Positions 11,401-22,556 of a stretch of DNA of 64,000 nucleotides are shown here, one piece after another. The notes under the pieces were generated by a model. That model did not search any database. It was not told where the DNA came from and saw only the letters and a list, made by a program, of their open reading frames with translations. The stretch spans positions 186,001 through 250,000 of the forward strand of contig JAPDFW010000053.1 in the NCBI GenBank assembly GCA_028826165.1, in the 5' to 3' direction. The position numbers were made by a program, and so were the translations under genes. This DNA is from Anaeramoeba ignava BMAN (taxonomy: Eukaryota; Protista; Anaeramoebae). Within the stretch, counting starts at the first letter, position 1. Every line of letters starts with the position of its first letter.

Positions 11401-14400
11401 ATTCCTTTTAAATTTCTAATTTCAATTTTGTTTTCTATTTTTTTGGAAATAAATTGAAATTGAAATTAATTTTTTTTTGGAATTTTTTGGAAATAAATTG
11501 AAATTAATTAAATATTTTTTTGATTAATAATTAATAATAAATAATTAATTAAAATATTTTAATTTATAATTTTATGTTTTTTATTTTTATTTACCATTAT
11601 CAGCAGCAATATTCCATAGAGCTCCACATCCTTTATATTGAATATCTTCATTATTTGGGAAATTATTCATTGATTTAATAATAGGTTCAATTCCTTTTAA
11701 ATTTCTAATTTCAATATTGTTTTCTATTTATTTGAAAATTGAAATTGAAATTGAAATTGAAATTAATTTTTTTTTGGATTTTTGGAAATAAATTGAAATT
11801 AATTAAATATTTTTTTGATTAATAATTAATAATAAATAATTGATTAAAATATTTTAATTTATATTTTGATTTATAATTTTATTTATTTACCATTATCAAC
11901 AGCAATATTAATTAAAGCTCCACATCCTTTTTCTTGAATATCTTCATTATTTGGGAAATTATTCATTGATTTAATAATAGGTTCAATTCCTTTTAAATTT
12001 CTAATTTCAATTTTGTTTTCTATTTTTTTGATATTTTTTTTTGGAAAATAAATTTGGAATTGGAATTGAAATTAATTTTCTCATTTCATTTTATAAATTA
12101 AATTTTTTAAAATTTTTGATGAGAATTAGAAATGTAAAAATTATGGAAATAAATATTTGTTTTTTCTTATAAATTTTCTTACCTGAATTAATTGCAATAT
12201 TAGTTAAAATTGAAATAGATTTTTCTTGAATAATTTGATTATTTGGATAATTATTGATTGTATTAATAATTGTTTTAATTCCATTTAATTTAGAAATTTC
12301 AATTCCTTGTAATTTCCGATTTTCTATTTCTTCAGCTTTTTGTTTTGTGAAAGAAGAAAAAGAAAGAGATTTAAATTTGCAAATAATTCATTTTCTTTTT
12401 TTTTTTGATTTTTGATTTGTTAAAAAAAGAAATTAATTTACTTTTTAATCCTCCTGAAAATATTAATAAAGCTTCAGATGCTTTTATTTGAATATCTTCA
12501 TTATTTGGGAAATTATTCATTACATTTATAAGAGGTTCAATTCCATTAAATTTTTTTATTTCTATTTGATTTTCTTTAAATTTCAATTATTATTATTATT
12601 ATTATTTTTAATATTATTATTCAAAAATTGTTTCAAAAAAATAAATATTTTACCTTCATTTTCTTTTGCAAATTTTTGTAAAATAAAACATCCATTTTCT
12701 TGAATAATTTCATTATTTGGAAATTTATTCATACATTCGACAATAAAAGGAAAATTAAATTTCAATTTAATTTTTGGTTTAAATTAAATTAAATTAAATT
12801 AAATTAAATTAAATTAAATTTTCTTTTTTTTTTGTTTTTGAGTTTGATTTACTTTGATCTTGTTGTTGAATTGAATTTGAAAGATCTTGTAAAAAATTTG
12901 TTGTTTTTTCTGGTGATTGAAGAATTTCTATTTTTAATTTTTGATTTTCAATTTCATTTTGAATATTTTTGATTTGTGGATTAATTTTTGAATAAAATTC
13001 ATTTTTTCTTTTTTCAATTTCATTGTTAAAATCTTGAATTATTTTTTCAATTTCATTTAAATTTTCATTTTTAATTTCAATTTCTTGAATTTTCTTTTCA
13101 ATTTTTTCTAAATATTTATTTTTTTTAAATTTAATCTTATTTTTTATTTCTTGAATAATTTTTTCTAAATTTTCATTTTCATTTTCAATTTTGTTTTGTT
13201 GAATAAATTCTTTAAATTCTTGAATTTCTTTCTTTTTTTTTTGTTCAAATTCATTCTTAAATTGTTGAATTGTTTCTTCAAATAATTTTAAATCTTCTTC
13301 TGTTTTTAATTTGGGAAAATTTATTAATTCTTGATATTTTTTATCAATTTCTTCCAAATTTATATTCTTTCTTTTTTTAAATTTATTTTGAATTTCTTCA
13401 ATTTTTTTTTGAAAAATTTCTAAATCTTTTTTTCTATTTTGTTCAAATAAATCTTTCAAATTAATAATTCTTTTATTAAATTCTTGTAAATATTCTTTTT
13501 TCATTTTTTCATCATTTTGAATTAATTGTTGAAATTTTTCTTGAATTTCTTTTTTCCATTTTTCATATTCTTCTTTAATTTCTTCAATTTCTTTTTTAAT
13601 TTTTTCTAATTTTTCTTTTTCTTTTTGGATTATTCTTTTTTTCTCATAAAGTTGATTAATTTGAAATTCTGTTATTTGATTTTCTTGTTCAAATTCTTGA
13701 ATATTTGAATTTAATAAAACAGTTTTATTTTGGAGTTGGGAAATGAATTTATTTTTGATTTGTTGAATTTGAAATTGATTAATTGATTTTGTTTGTGAAA
13801 TTTGATTTAATAAATTTGAAAAAGAATTTTCATTTTCATTTATTTCATTTTCATTTTCATTTTCATTTTGATTTGTTTCAAATTTAATTAATTTTATCAA
13901 TTTTTTTTGATTATTTTGATTCCATTTTTGTTCAATTTGTTGAATAATTTGAAGTTGATTTGGAATATTTTGATTTAAAGAAATTAATCCAATAAAATTG
14001 TAAATTTGATTTTGATTTAAATATTTATCAAAATTTGGATTTGAAATGATAAATTGAATATTTTGGAAAATAAATTTTTCACAATTTTGAGAAAGATTTT
14101 GTGAATTAATTTCTTGAGATTTGAAATAAATTTCCAAAATATTTTGAATATTAAAAATTGATTGAATTTCAAGTTCAATTTTGAATTGAATTTCTTTTAA
14201 TTTAATTTGATTTGCAAATTTAAAATATTCATCAAATTTTCGTTTATCAAATTTAAATTTTCCATTATAAAAAAATTTAATAATTGGTTTAACAATTTCA
14301 GAACTAAAATTATTAAAATAAATTGAATTAAATTTATTTTCTCTTCTGTTTATCATAAAATATTTTGAACGAGCTTCTAAAATTGATTTATGACAAGGAA

Positions 14401-15259
14401 TTGAAATTTTATCTTTTCCACAATAAATTTGAAAATCTGAAGTTTTTTTATTTCCAAACATTAAACCAATTTGTTTATTTGCTTGTTTTATTAAGAATTT
14501 ATTGAATTTTTTAATTTTGGATTGAATTTCTTCATTTTGATTTTGATTTTGATTTTGATTTGATTTTGATTTTGATTTTGAATTTGAATTTGAATTTGAT
14601 TTTGATTTTGGCTTATGCTTTGAATGATGTTTTGATTTTGATTTTGAATGATGTTTTGAATGATGTTTTGAATGATGTTTTGAATTTGAATTTTGTTTTG
14701 AATCAATTTGTTTTGAATCAATTTGTTTTGAATGATGTGTTGATTTTGATTTTGATTTTGATTTTGATTTTGGCTTATGCTTTGAATGATGTTTTGAATG
14801 ATGTTTTGAATGATGTTGATTTTGATTTTGATTTTGATTTTGATTTTGATTTTGATTTTGATTTTGATTTTGATTTTGCTTTGAATGATGTTTTTGAATG
14901 ATGTTTTGAATGATGTTTTGAATGATGTTGAATGATGTTTTGATTTGATTTTTGTTTTTAATTTTTTGATTTTGATTTTTGTTTTTTGATTTTGATTTTG
15001 ATTTTGATTTTTGATTTTCAATTTGATTTTGATTTTGATTTTGATTTTGTTTTTTGATTTTATTTGATTTTGAATTTGATTTTTAATTTGATTTTGTTTT
15101 TGATGTTTTTTTGATTTTGATTTTTGTTTTGAATGATTTTTTTGAATGATGTTTTGAATTGATTTTTGGATTTTTCTTTTTGATTTTGATTTTGATTTTA
15201 ATTTGATTTTTTTTATTTCATTTTTTTTTGAATTAATTTTTTTTTGGAGAATCACTCAT
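5492..15259 (-). CDS. BTB/POZ - coiled coil - armadillo-repeat protein, one ARM repeat per exon (~26 ARM exons)
   Basis: Large exon ~14530-12852 has a BTB (SDFQIYCGKDKISIPCHKSILEARSKYF...FFYNGK) and a long E/K/Q coiled coil. Three divergent ARM exons follow (~12760-12654, 12573-12442, 12335 or 12323-12183), then 22 near-identical ARM exons, then terminal exon 5619-5492 ending QEKGKWALEKLQNN*. Probable start ATG at 15259 (MSDSPKK), followed by a low-complexity N-terminus with indels. No canonical AG is visible for the exon ending at 12654. Confidence 0.8.
5780..12019 (-). repeat. Tandem array of 22 exon+intron units (~270-310 bp); each exon 129 or 132 nt, phase 1-1, one armadillo repeat
   Basis: Exons: 5780-5908, 6061-6189, 6346-6474, 6653-6781, 6940-7068, 7232-7360, 7501-7629, 7805-7933, 8102-8230, 8389-8520, 8683-8811, 8971-9099, 9279-9407, 9566-9694, 9844-9972, 10122-10250, 10431-10559, 10718-10846, 11027-11155, 11303-11434, 11595-11723, 11891-12019. 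Each is flanked by AATAG| and G|GTAA. Consensus ENxIEIRNLKGIEPIIKSMNNFPNNQDIQxxGCxALxNIAxxx. Confidence 0.92.
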
Positions 15260-15652
15260 TTTTCTTTTTATTTTAATTTTATTTTTAAAAAGGAAAATTA
15301 TTTTTAATTGGAATAAATAAAATAAATATTTGAGAAATAATAATAAATCAATAATAAAAATAATTTTCTTTTCATTTTTATTTTGGAATTAAATTTAAAT
15401 TGTAATTTTTTATTGATAATTTTTTGTTTAAATAAAATTTGAAAATTTATTTTTCCTCTTTTTTTGTTTATTGAAATAATAATAGATTAATAAGTAATTA
15501 ACAATTATTTTGTTTTTATTTCATTTATATTTTATATTTATATTATTATTTATTATTAAATTTGATTTTTATTTTGTTAAATTAAATAATAAAAAAATAT
15601 TTACTTAATTTTAAATTTTGAAAAGAAAAAAATGAAAAAAAATAAAAAATGG

Positions 15653-15960
15653 AATAAAGAATATTAAATAGTTAAATTTAGAATTAATCCTATTTTATAT
15701 ATTTTATTAATATTTCTTTATTTAAAATAATATAAAATAATTCCCAATAATTTAATAAAATTAATAAAATATTTTAATTAATTTATTTCAAAAATGAATA
15801 AAGAATATTAAATAATTAAATTTAGAATTAATTCTATTTTATATATTTTATTAATATTTCTTTATTTAAAATAATATAAAATTATTCCCAAAAATTTAAT
15901 AAAATTAATGAAATATTTTAATAAAGAAAAAATTGAATAAAGAATATTAAATAATAATTT
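15653..15960. repeat. ~144-bp AT-rich tandem repeat (2+ copies); inverted homolog at 29521-30070
   Basis: Unit starts aataaagaatattaaata at ~15653, ~15797 and ~15937. Its reverse complement matches 29521-29645. Confidence 0.75.
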
Positions 15961-16044
15961 AAATTGGATTTCTTTTATTTTAAACTGAATTAAATTTTTC
16001 ATTTAAAAAATTAATATTTTTATTTTATTTTTTATTTATTGATT

Positions 16045-16610
16045 AATATTGAAAAGAAAATATTTAAAAATAAAACAATAAATTATTATTTTTAATAATA
16101 AAATTGAATTATAAATTATTTTTAAATTAATTTATAAATTAAATATTAAATTAAACTTATTCTTATTTTTTATATTTCGATTGTTTTAATATTGAAAAAG
16201 AAAATATTGAAAAATAAAACAATAAATTATTATTTTAATAATAAAATTGAATATTAAATTATTTTTAAATTAATTTCTAAATTAAATATTAAATTAAACT
16301 TATTCTCATTTTTATATTTGATTTTTAATATTGAAAAAGAAAATATTGAAAAATAAATTAATAAATCATTATTTTAATAATAAAATTGAATATTAAATTA
16401 TTTTTAAATTAATTTATAAATTAAATATTAAATTAAACTTATTCTTATTTTTTATATTTGATTGATTAATTTTGAAAAAAGAAAATATTGAAAAATAAAT
16501 TAATAAATTATTATTTTAATAATAAAATTGAATAATAAATTATTTTTTAAATTGATTTCTAAATTAAATATTAAATTAAATTTATTCTCATTTTTTATAT
16601 TTGATTGATT
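16045..16610. repeat. ~140-bp AT-rich tandem repeat, 4 copies
   Basis: gaaaa(a)gaaaatatt...ttaaatattaaattaaacttattc recurs at ~16051, 16193, 16333 and 16474. Confidence 0.8.
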
Positions 16611-16846
16611 AATTGAATTTTATTTTTTTGGATTTTGATTTTTTTTGGAATAAAGAAAAAATAAAAAATAATAAAAGAGGGGATTAGAAAATGAATTATT
16701 TTGAATTAAAAGAAAATAAGGAGAATTTTGTTTATTGATTATTTTTTTGATCAAAAAAAAGAGAAAAAAAAATTTATTTTAGGGGATTTAAAAATTAATT
16801 GAAAAATTTCATTTTCATTTTTATTTTTATTTTCATTTTTAAAAAA

Positions 16847-17404
16847 ATGCTTTCAAGAATAATTCCAACAAAACCAATCAAAACACAAACAAAAACAATT
16901 TTTATTAATAAAATTGAAAGATTAATGCATGAAGAATATAAATTAAGGAAAAAGCAAAAAGAAATGAAAGATCGAAAAGAAATTGAAGAAGTGATTGAGA
17001 AAAGCAAAGTATGTCGATTAGGATTATCAGTTGAAAACAAACCTTATGTAGTTCCAATGTCATTTGGATATGCAAACAACACATTATATTTTCATTCAAA
17101 TCCAAAAGGGAAAAAAATGGAATATTTGAAAAAGAATAGTTATGTATGTTTTGAGTTTGATTCCAATGTTAAAATTGTTGAAGAAACTCTTCCTTGTCAT
17201 TGGACTTGCCATTTTGAAAGTGTTATTGGTTATGGTCATGTTTCTTTTGTTGAGGATGTTGATGAGAAAAAGAAAGCTATGGATATTATTATGAAGCAAT
17301 ATGGATGGGAAAGTAAATCTAATCTTTATGATCCACAATCTTTTAAAGTAGCGAAAGTTTTTAAATTGAAGATAGATAGTATAACTGGGAAAAAAAACAA
17401 ATAA
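16847..17404 (+). CDS. NimA-like / pyridoxamine 5'-phosphate oxidase-family flavin-binding protein with N-terminal extension
   Basis: Intronless. Motifs [53 protein letters not shown] and ITGKK match the bacterial NimA/Pyridox_ox_2 family. ATG at 16847 begins [17 protein letters not shown]. Confidence 0.85.
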   Translation: MLSRIIPTKPIKTQTKTIFINKIERLMHEEYKLRKKQKEMKDRKEIEEVIEKSKVCRLGLSVENKPYVVPMSFGYANNTLYFHSNPKGKKMEYLKKNSYVCFEFDSNVKIVEETLPCHWTCHFESVIGYGHVSFVEDVDEKKKAMDIIMKQYGWESKSNLYDPQSFKVAKVFKLKIDSITGKKNK

Positions 17405-17475
17405 GAAACAAAGGAAAAGAAAGAAATATTTTTTTTTTACTTTTAGGGATTTTTTTTTTAATTAAAAAATATTTT

Positions 17476-17515
17476 TTTCATTTTTTTCATTTTTTTCATT
17501 TTTTTCATTTTTTTG
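17476..17515 (+). promoter_or_regulatory. Tandem TCATTTT initiator-like motifs upstream of the PRP22 ATG (representative example)
   Basis: Four TCATTTTT copies lie 10-45 nt before the ATG. The same motif precedes nearly every gene in the window on the coding strand. Confidence 0.5.
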
Positions 17516-17523
17516 TTTTTAAA

Positions 17524-20500
17524 ATGCAACAACTAAAATTCATTTCTTTAATTTCAAAAGTTTGTACTGAACTTGAAAATAATGTTGGAATTAAACAAAA
17601 ATTTGTTGCAGAATTTATTGTAGAAATTTGGGAAAATTCAAAAACATTGGAAGAATTTAAACAAAATTTAAAAGAAAAACAAGCAGAATTTCCAGAAAAT
17701 TTTGTAACAAATATATATAATATAATAAGTAGATTACATCCGAATGCAAAAAAGAAAGAAAATTTAAAAGAAAATTTAAAAGAAAATTTAAAAGAAAAAG
17801 AAAATTTAAAAGAAAATGATGTAATTCTAAATAAGAATGACTCAACTTTAGATCAAATTAATTTAAAAGAAAATGAACATAAACCTCATTCTCATCATTC
17901 ACATTCACATCATTCTCATTCACATCATCATTCACATTCACATCATCATAATGACCATAATCATTATAAGGAAAATAATTCACGACACAGAAATACTCAA
18001 AACCGTTGGGATCAAAAAGAAAAAATAGAGAAAAAAATTGAAGAAGAAGATGAAGTGAAAAAAAATGCGCATTTTTATAACGAAAGGGAAGCCATTGATG
18101 AAGAGCCCATACAATATAAAATATATTCAGGAGAAGTTACTGGAATAAGAGACTTTGGGTGTTTTGTGCGACTTGATGGAGTTCGTGGAAAACGAGAAGG
18201 GCTCTGTCACATCACGCAAATGAAGAAAACTGGAAGAGTTTTAGATCCACATGAAATTGTACATAAAAAGCAGAGAGTGTTTGTGAAAGTTCTTGCTTAT
18301 GCGGGAAGTAAAATTAGTTTATCAATGAAGGAGGCTGATCAATCAAATGGTGAAGATCTTTTTCCAAGAGAAATTGTTGATTCTGAAAAGAAGACTTCTT
18401 TATATGATCCATTAAGAAGTAATCCAACAAGACCTAATGATTTGAATGAAGGCGCTATGGCGTTAAGCATGTATGCATTTAACAAGGAGAATCAAAACGA
18501 ATTTTATTTATTTCAGGAATTTATATTGAATTTGAAATTCAAATTGAATTTAAAAATATTATTGAAATTTATATTTATTTTGATTAAAACGAAAATCGGA
18601 AAAAAAAAACAAACAGTCATCAAACATAAAAATTTCTATTATATTATTATTATATTATTATTATTATATTATTATCATTATATAACAACAAAATATCGCA
18701 ACTGCATAATTTTTTTTTATTCGCAAACAAAAACAATCAGGCAAGAAAAAAAGCACACAAAACGAGACCTTCCAACACCCGAAAGATGGATCCAAAAGCA
18801 GCTTGAGTCTGCAGGGGTTCTAGACATTCGTGAGCAAACAAACTACAACGAAGAAACAGGAGTACTTGATCTAGATATGGAAGACGAGATGGAGGAGGAT
18901 CTAGAAATCGAGCTTAACGATGAAGAGCCGACATTTCTGCGGGGACAAACACGGCACACAATGGCGCTATCGCCGATCAAAATCTTGAAAAATCCTGATG
19001 GATCACTTGTTCGCGCAGCAATGACCCAAGTTACGTTGGCAAAAGAACGCAAGGAAGTTCGAGAGCAGCAAAGAAACCAAATGCTGGAAAGTATCCCCAA
19101 AGATATTAACCGTCCTTGGATCGATCCACTTCCGGAAGAAGGAGAACGCCATTTGGCACTGGATCTGCGCGGATTGGGTATGGCACAAGAAGATCTTCCA
19201 GAATGGAAAAAATCCACTTTTGGGAAAACAGTCGCATACGGAAAGAAGACCAATTTGTCAATTAAGGAGCAGCGCGAATCACTGCCGATCTTCAAGCTGC
19301 GAAACGAACTGATGAGCGCAATTAGGGACAATCAAGTGCTGATTTGCGTAGGAGAAACAGGATCAGGAAAAACAACGCAGATCACGCAATATCTTGCGGA
19401 AGACGGATATGCAAAAGAAGGACGGATCGGATGCACGCAGCCAAGACGAGTCGCCGCAATGAGCGTTGCGAAGAGAGTTAGCGAGGAGTTTGGCTGCCGT
19501 TTGGGTCAAGAGGTTGGATATTCAATCAGATTTGAAGATTTCACAAGTAATGAAACCGTGATCAAATACATGACGGATGGAATGCTTCTTCGGGAGTGCT
19601 TGATAGACCCTGATCTGACTGGATATTCCGTTGTAATGCTTGATGAAGCGCACGAACGTACGGTGCACACTGATGTTCTTTTGGCCTTCTTAAAGAAACG
19701 GTGAAAAGAAGACCTGATCTAAAATTAATTGTTACTTCGGCAACACTGGATGCAGAAAAAGTTTTCCGATTTCTTCTTCGAATGTCCCATCTTCACCATC
19801 CCAGGTCGCAACTACCCCGTTGAGATCTTATACACAAAAGAGCCCGAATCAGACTATCTCGACGCAGCGCTCATCACAGTCATGCAGATCCATCTGGCAG
19901 AGCCACCGGGAGATATCCTATTGTTTTTAACAGGACAAGAAGAAATCGGCACTGCTTGTCAGATTCTTTTTGAGCGTGTAAAATCACTTGGTCCAAAAGC
20001 GCCTGAGCTGATGATCCTCCCCGTTTATTCTGCACTTCCTTCTGAGATCCAAACCCGAATTTTCGAACCAACACCAAAGGGATCAAGAAAGGTTGTTATC
20101 GCAACAAACATTGCGGAGACTTCATTAACAATTGACGGAATATATTATGTGATCGATCCAGGGTTTGTGAAGCAGAAATGCTACAACCCAAGATTGGGGA
20201 TGGATTCGCTTGTTGTAACACCGATCTCACAGGCAGCAGCAAGACAGCGCGCAGGGCGAGCCGGAAGAACAGGTCCTGGAAAATGTTTTCGACTTTACAC
20301 AGAATCTGCTTATCATAATGAAATGTTCCCAAATACAATTCCCGAGATCCAGCGCACAAATCTCGGCACAACTGTTCTCACCCTCAAAGTGCTTGGAATC
20401 AACGATCTCCTCCACTTCAATTTCATGGATCCGCCGCCGACTCAATCCCTCGTTTCCGCCATGGAACAGCTCTACATGCTCGGCGCTCTCGATGAGGAGG

Positions 20501-21263
20501 GTTTGCTTACGAAATTGGGAAGACAAATGGCTGAATTCCCCCTCGATCCTCCTTTGTCTAAGATGCTTATTTCCTCCGTTTCTTTCGGTTGTGCTGAGGA
20601 AATTCTTACCATCGTCTCAATGCTTTCCGTTGAATCCGTTTTTTATAGACCAAAAGAAAAACAGGCTCAAGCTGACCAGAAAAAAGCAAAGTTTATTTCT
20701 CCTGATGGCGACCATCTTACTCTCCTCAATGTCTATGAATCCCTGGAAAAAGAAATAAATTCAGTAATCCTTGGTGCTTTGAGAATTTTATCCAGCCAAG
20801 ATCCCTCAGAAGAGCTCAAGAAATCAGAAAGCAAATTCTCCCAATTTTGGATCGGCAAAAATTGGACGTTGTTTCTTGTGGAACTGCAACTGTTCCTATT
20901 ATCAAATCAATTGTTTCTGGCTATTTTACAAAAGCCGCTAAAAAAGACCCTCAAGAAGGTTATAAAACCCTTGTTGAAGGTCAAACTGTTTATATCCATC
21001 CAAGCTCAGCTCTTTTCCAAGTTAAACCTCAATGGGTTGTTTATCACGAACTCGTTCTTACTTCAAAGGAATATATGAGAAATGTTTCTTTTATTGACCC
21101 TAAATGGCTCGTTGAATTCGCCCCAAAGTTTTATAGAATTGCTGATCCTACTAAATTGACTAGACGTAAAAAATCTGAAAAACTTTTACCTTTATGGGAT
21201 AGGTTTCTTCAAAATCAAGATTCTTGGAGACTTTCTAAACAAAAGAGGATTAGAAGAAATTAA
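17524..21263 (+). CDS. PRP22: Pre-mRNA splicing DEAH-box helicase Prp22/DHX8
   Basis: N-terminal [10 protein letters not shown]1 domain, [35 protein letters not shown]2 and OB domains. Intron 18471-18740. Homopolymer frameshifts at ~19682, ~19760 and ~20742-20755. Confidence 0.95.
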
Positions 21264-21284
21264 AATACAAACAAAAGAAAAAGA

Positions 21285-22310
21285 AAAACAAATTTAGAAA
21301 CAAATTTAGAAACAAATTTAAAATCAAATTTAGAAAAAAATTTAGAAACAAATTTAGAAACAAATTTAAAATCAAAATCAAAATAAAATTTAGAAACAAA
21401 TTTAGAAACAAATTTAGAAACAAATTTAAAATCAAATTCAAAATCAAAATTAAAATCAAAATCAAAATCCAAATCAAAATCAAATTCAAAATCAAAATCA
21501 AAATCAAAATCAAAATCAAAATCAAAATCAAAATCAAAATCAAAATCAAAATCAAAATCAAAATCAAAATCAAAATTCAAAATCAAAATCAAAATCAAAA
21601 ATCAAAATCAAAATCAAAATCAAAATCAAAATCAAAATCAAAATCAAAATCAAAATAAAAATCAAAATCAAAATCAAAATCAAAATCAAAATCAAAATCA
21701 AAATTAAAATCAAAATCAAAATCAAAATCAAAATCAAAATCAAAATTCAAAATCAAAATCAAAATCAAAATCAAAATCAAAATCCAAAATCAAAATCAAA
21801 TTCAAAATCAAAATCAAAATCAAAATCAAAATCAAAATCAAAATCAAATCCAAAATCAAAATCAAAATCAAAATCAAAATCAAAATCAAAATCAAAATCA
21901 AAATCAAAATCAAAATCAAAATCAAAATCAAAAATCAAAATCAAAATCAAAATCAAAATCAAAATCAAAATCAAAATCAAAATCAAATCAAAATCAAAAT
22001 CAAAATCAAAATCAAAATCAAAATCAAAATCAAAATCAAATTCAAAATCAAAATAAAAATCAAAATCAAAATCAAAATCAAAATCAAAATCAAAATCAAA
22101 ATAAAAAATCAAAAAAAATAAAAATAAAAATCAAAAAAAAAAAATAAAAATCAAAAATCAAATTAAAAAAAAAATCAAAATTCAAAATCAAAAATCAAAA
22201 ATCAAAATCAAAATCAAAATCAAAAATCAAAATCAAAATCAAAATCAAAATCAAAAATCAAAAATCAAAATCAAAATCAAATTCAAAATCAAATTCAAAA
22301 TCAAAATCAA
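21285..22310. repeat. (AAAATC)n microsatellite preceded by AAATTTAGAAAC 12-mers
   Basis: Directly visible; intergenic, 3' of PRP22. Confidence 0.9.
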
Positions 22311-22525
22311 AAAATTGAAAAAGAAAAGACAAAAAAGGAAATTTTATCAAAATTTTTCTTCTTTTTCTAAATAAAAATTTTTCCTTTTTAAAATCTTTTT
22401 CATTTTTTTACTTTTTAAAAACAAAATCAAAAACACAAAAACACAAAAACACAAAAAATACAAAATCAAAATCAAAAACAAAAACAAAAACAAATGAAAA
22501 AATCAAAATAAAAAAAAATAAAATC

Positions 22526-22556
<31 letters not shown>

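Noticed and set aside
5780-12019. CRISPR-like array (constant repeat plus variable segment) or non-coding satellite
   Set aside because: Units are ~290 bp, carry GT/AG sites and encode in-frame ARM repeats; the variable parts are homologous codon variants, not unique spacers; no cas genes are present.
18843-20758. Antisense and alternate-frame ORFs over PRP22 (and over actinin and VPS9)
   Set aside because: Shadow ORFs from higher GC or repeat content; no recognisable domains.
19670-20760. PRP22 as a pseudogene or programmed frameshift; likewise the SLU7, RCC1-BTB and ANK-BTB frameshifts
   Set aside because: Mostly single-base indels in or next to homopolymers, including in essential genes with intact motifs; typical long-read consensus errors.
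17524-21263. Intein in the DEAH helicase
   Set aside because: Helicase motifs are contiguous with normal spacing; the only insertion has GT-AG ends and no C...HN signature.
21470-22310. Telomeric repeat
   Set aside because: Internal location, and the same AAAATC unit fills several introns; an ordinary microsatellite.
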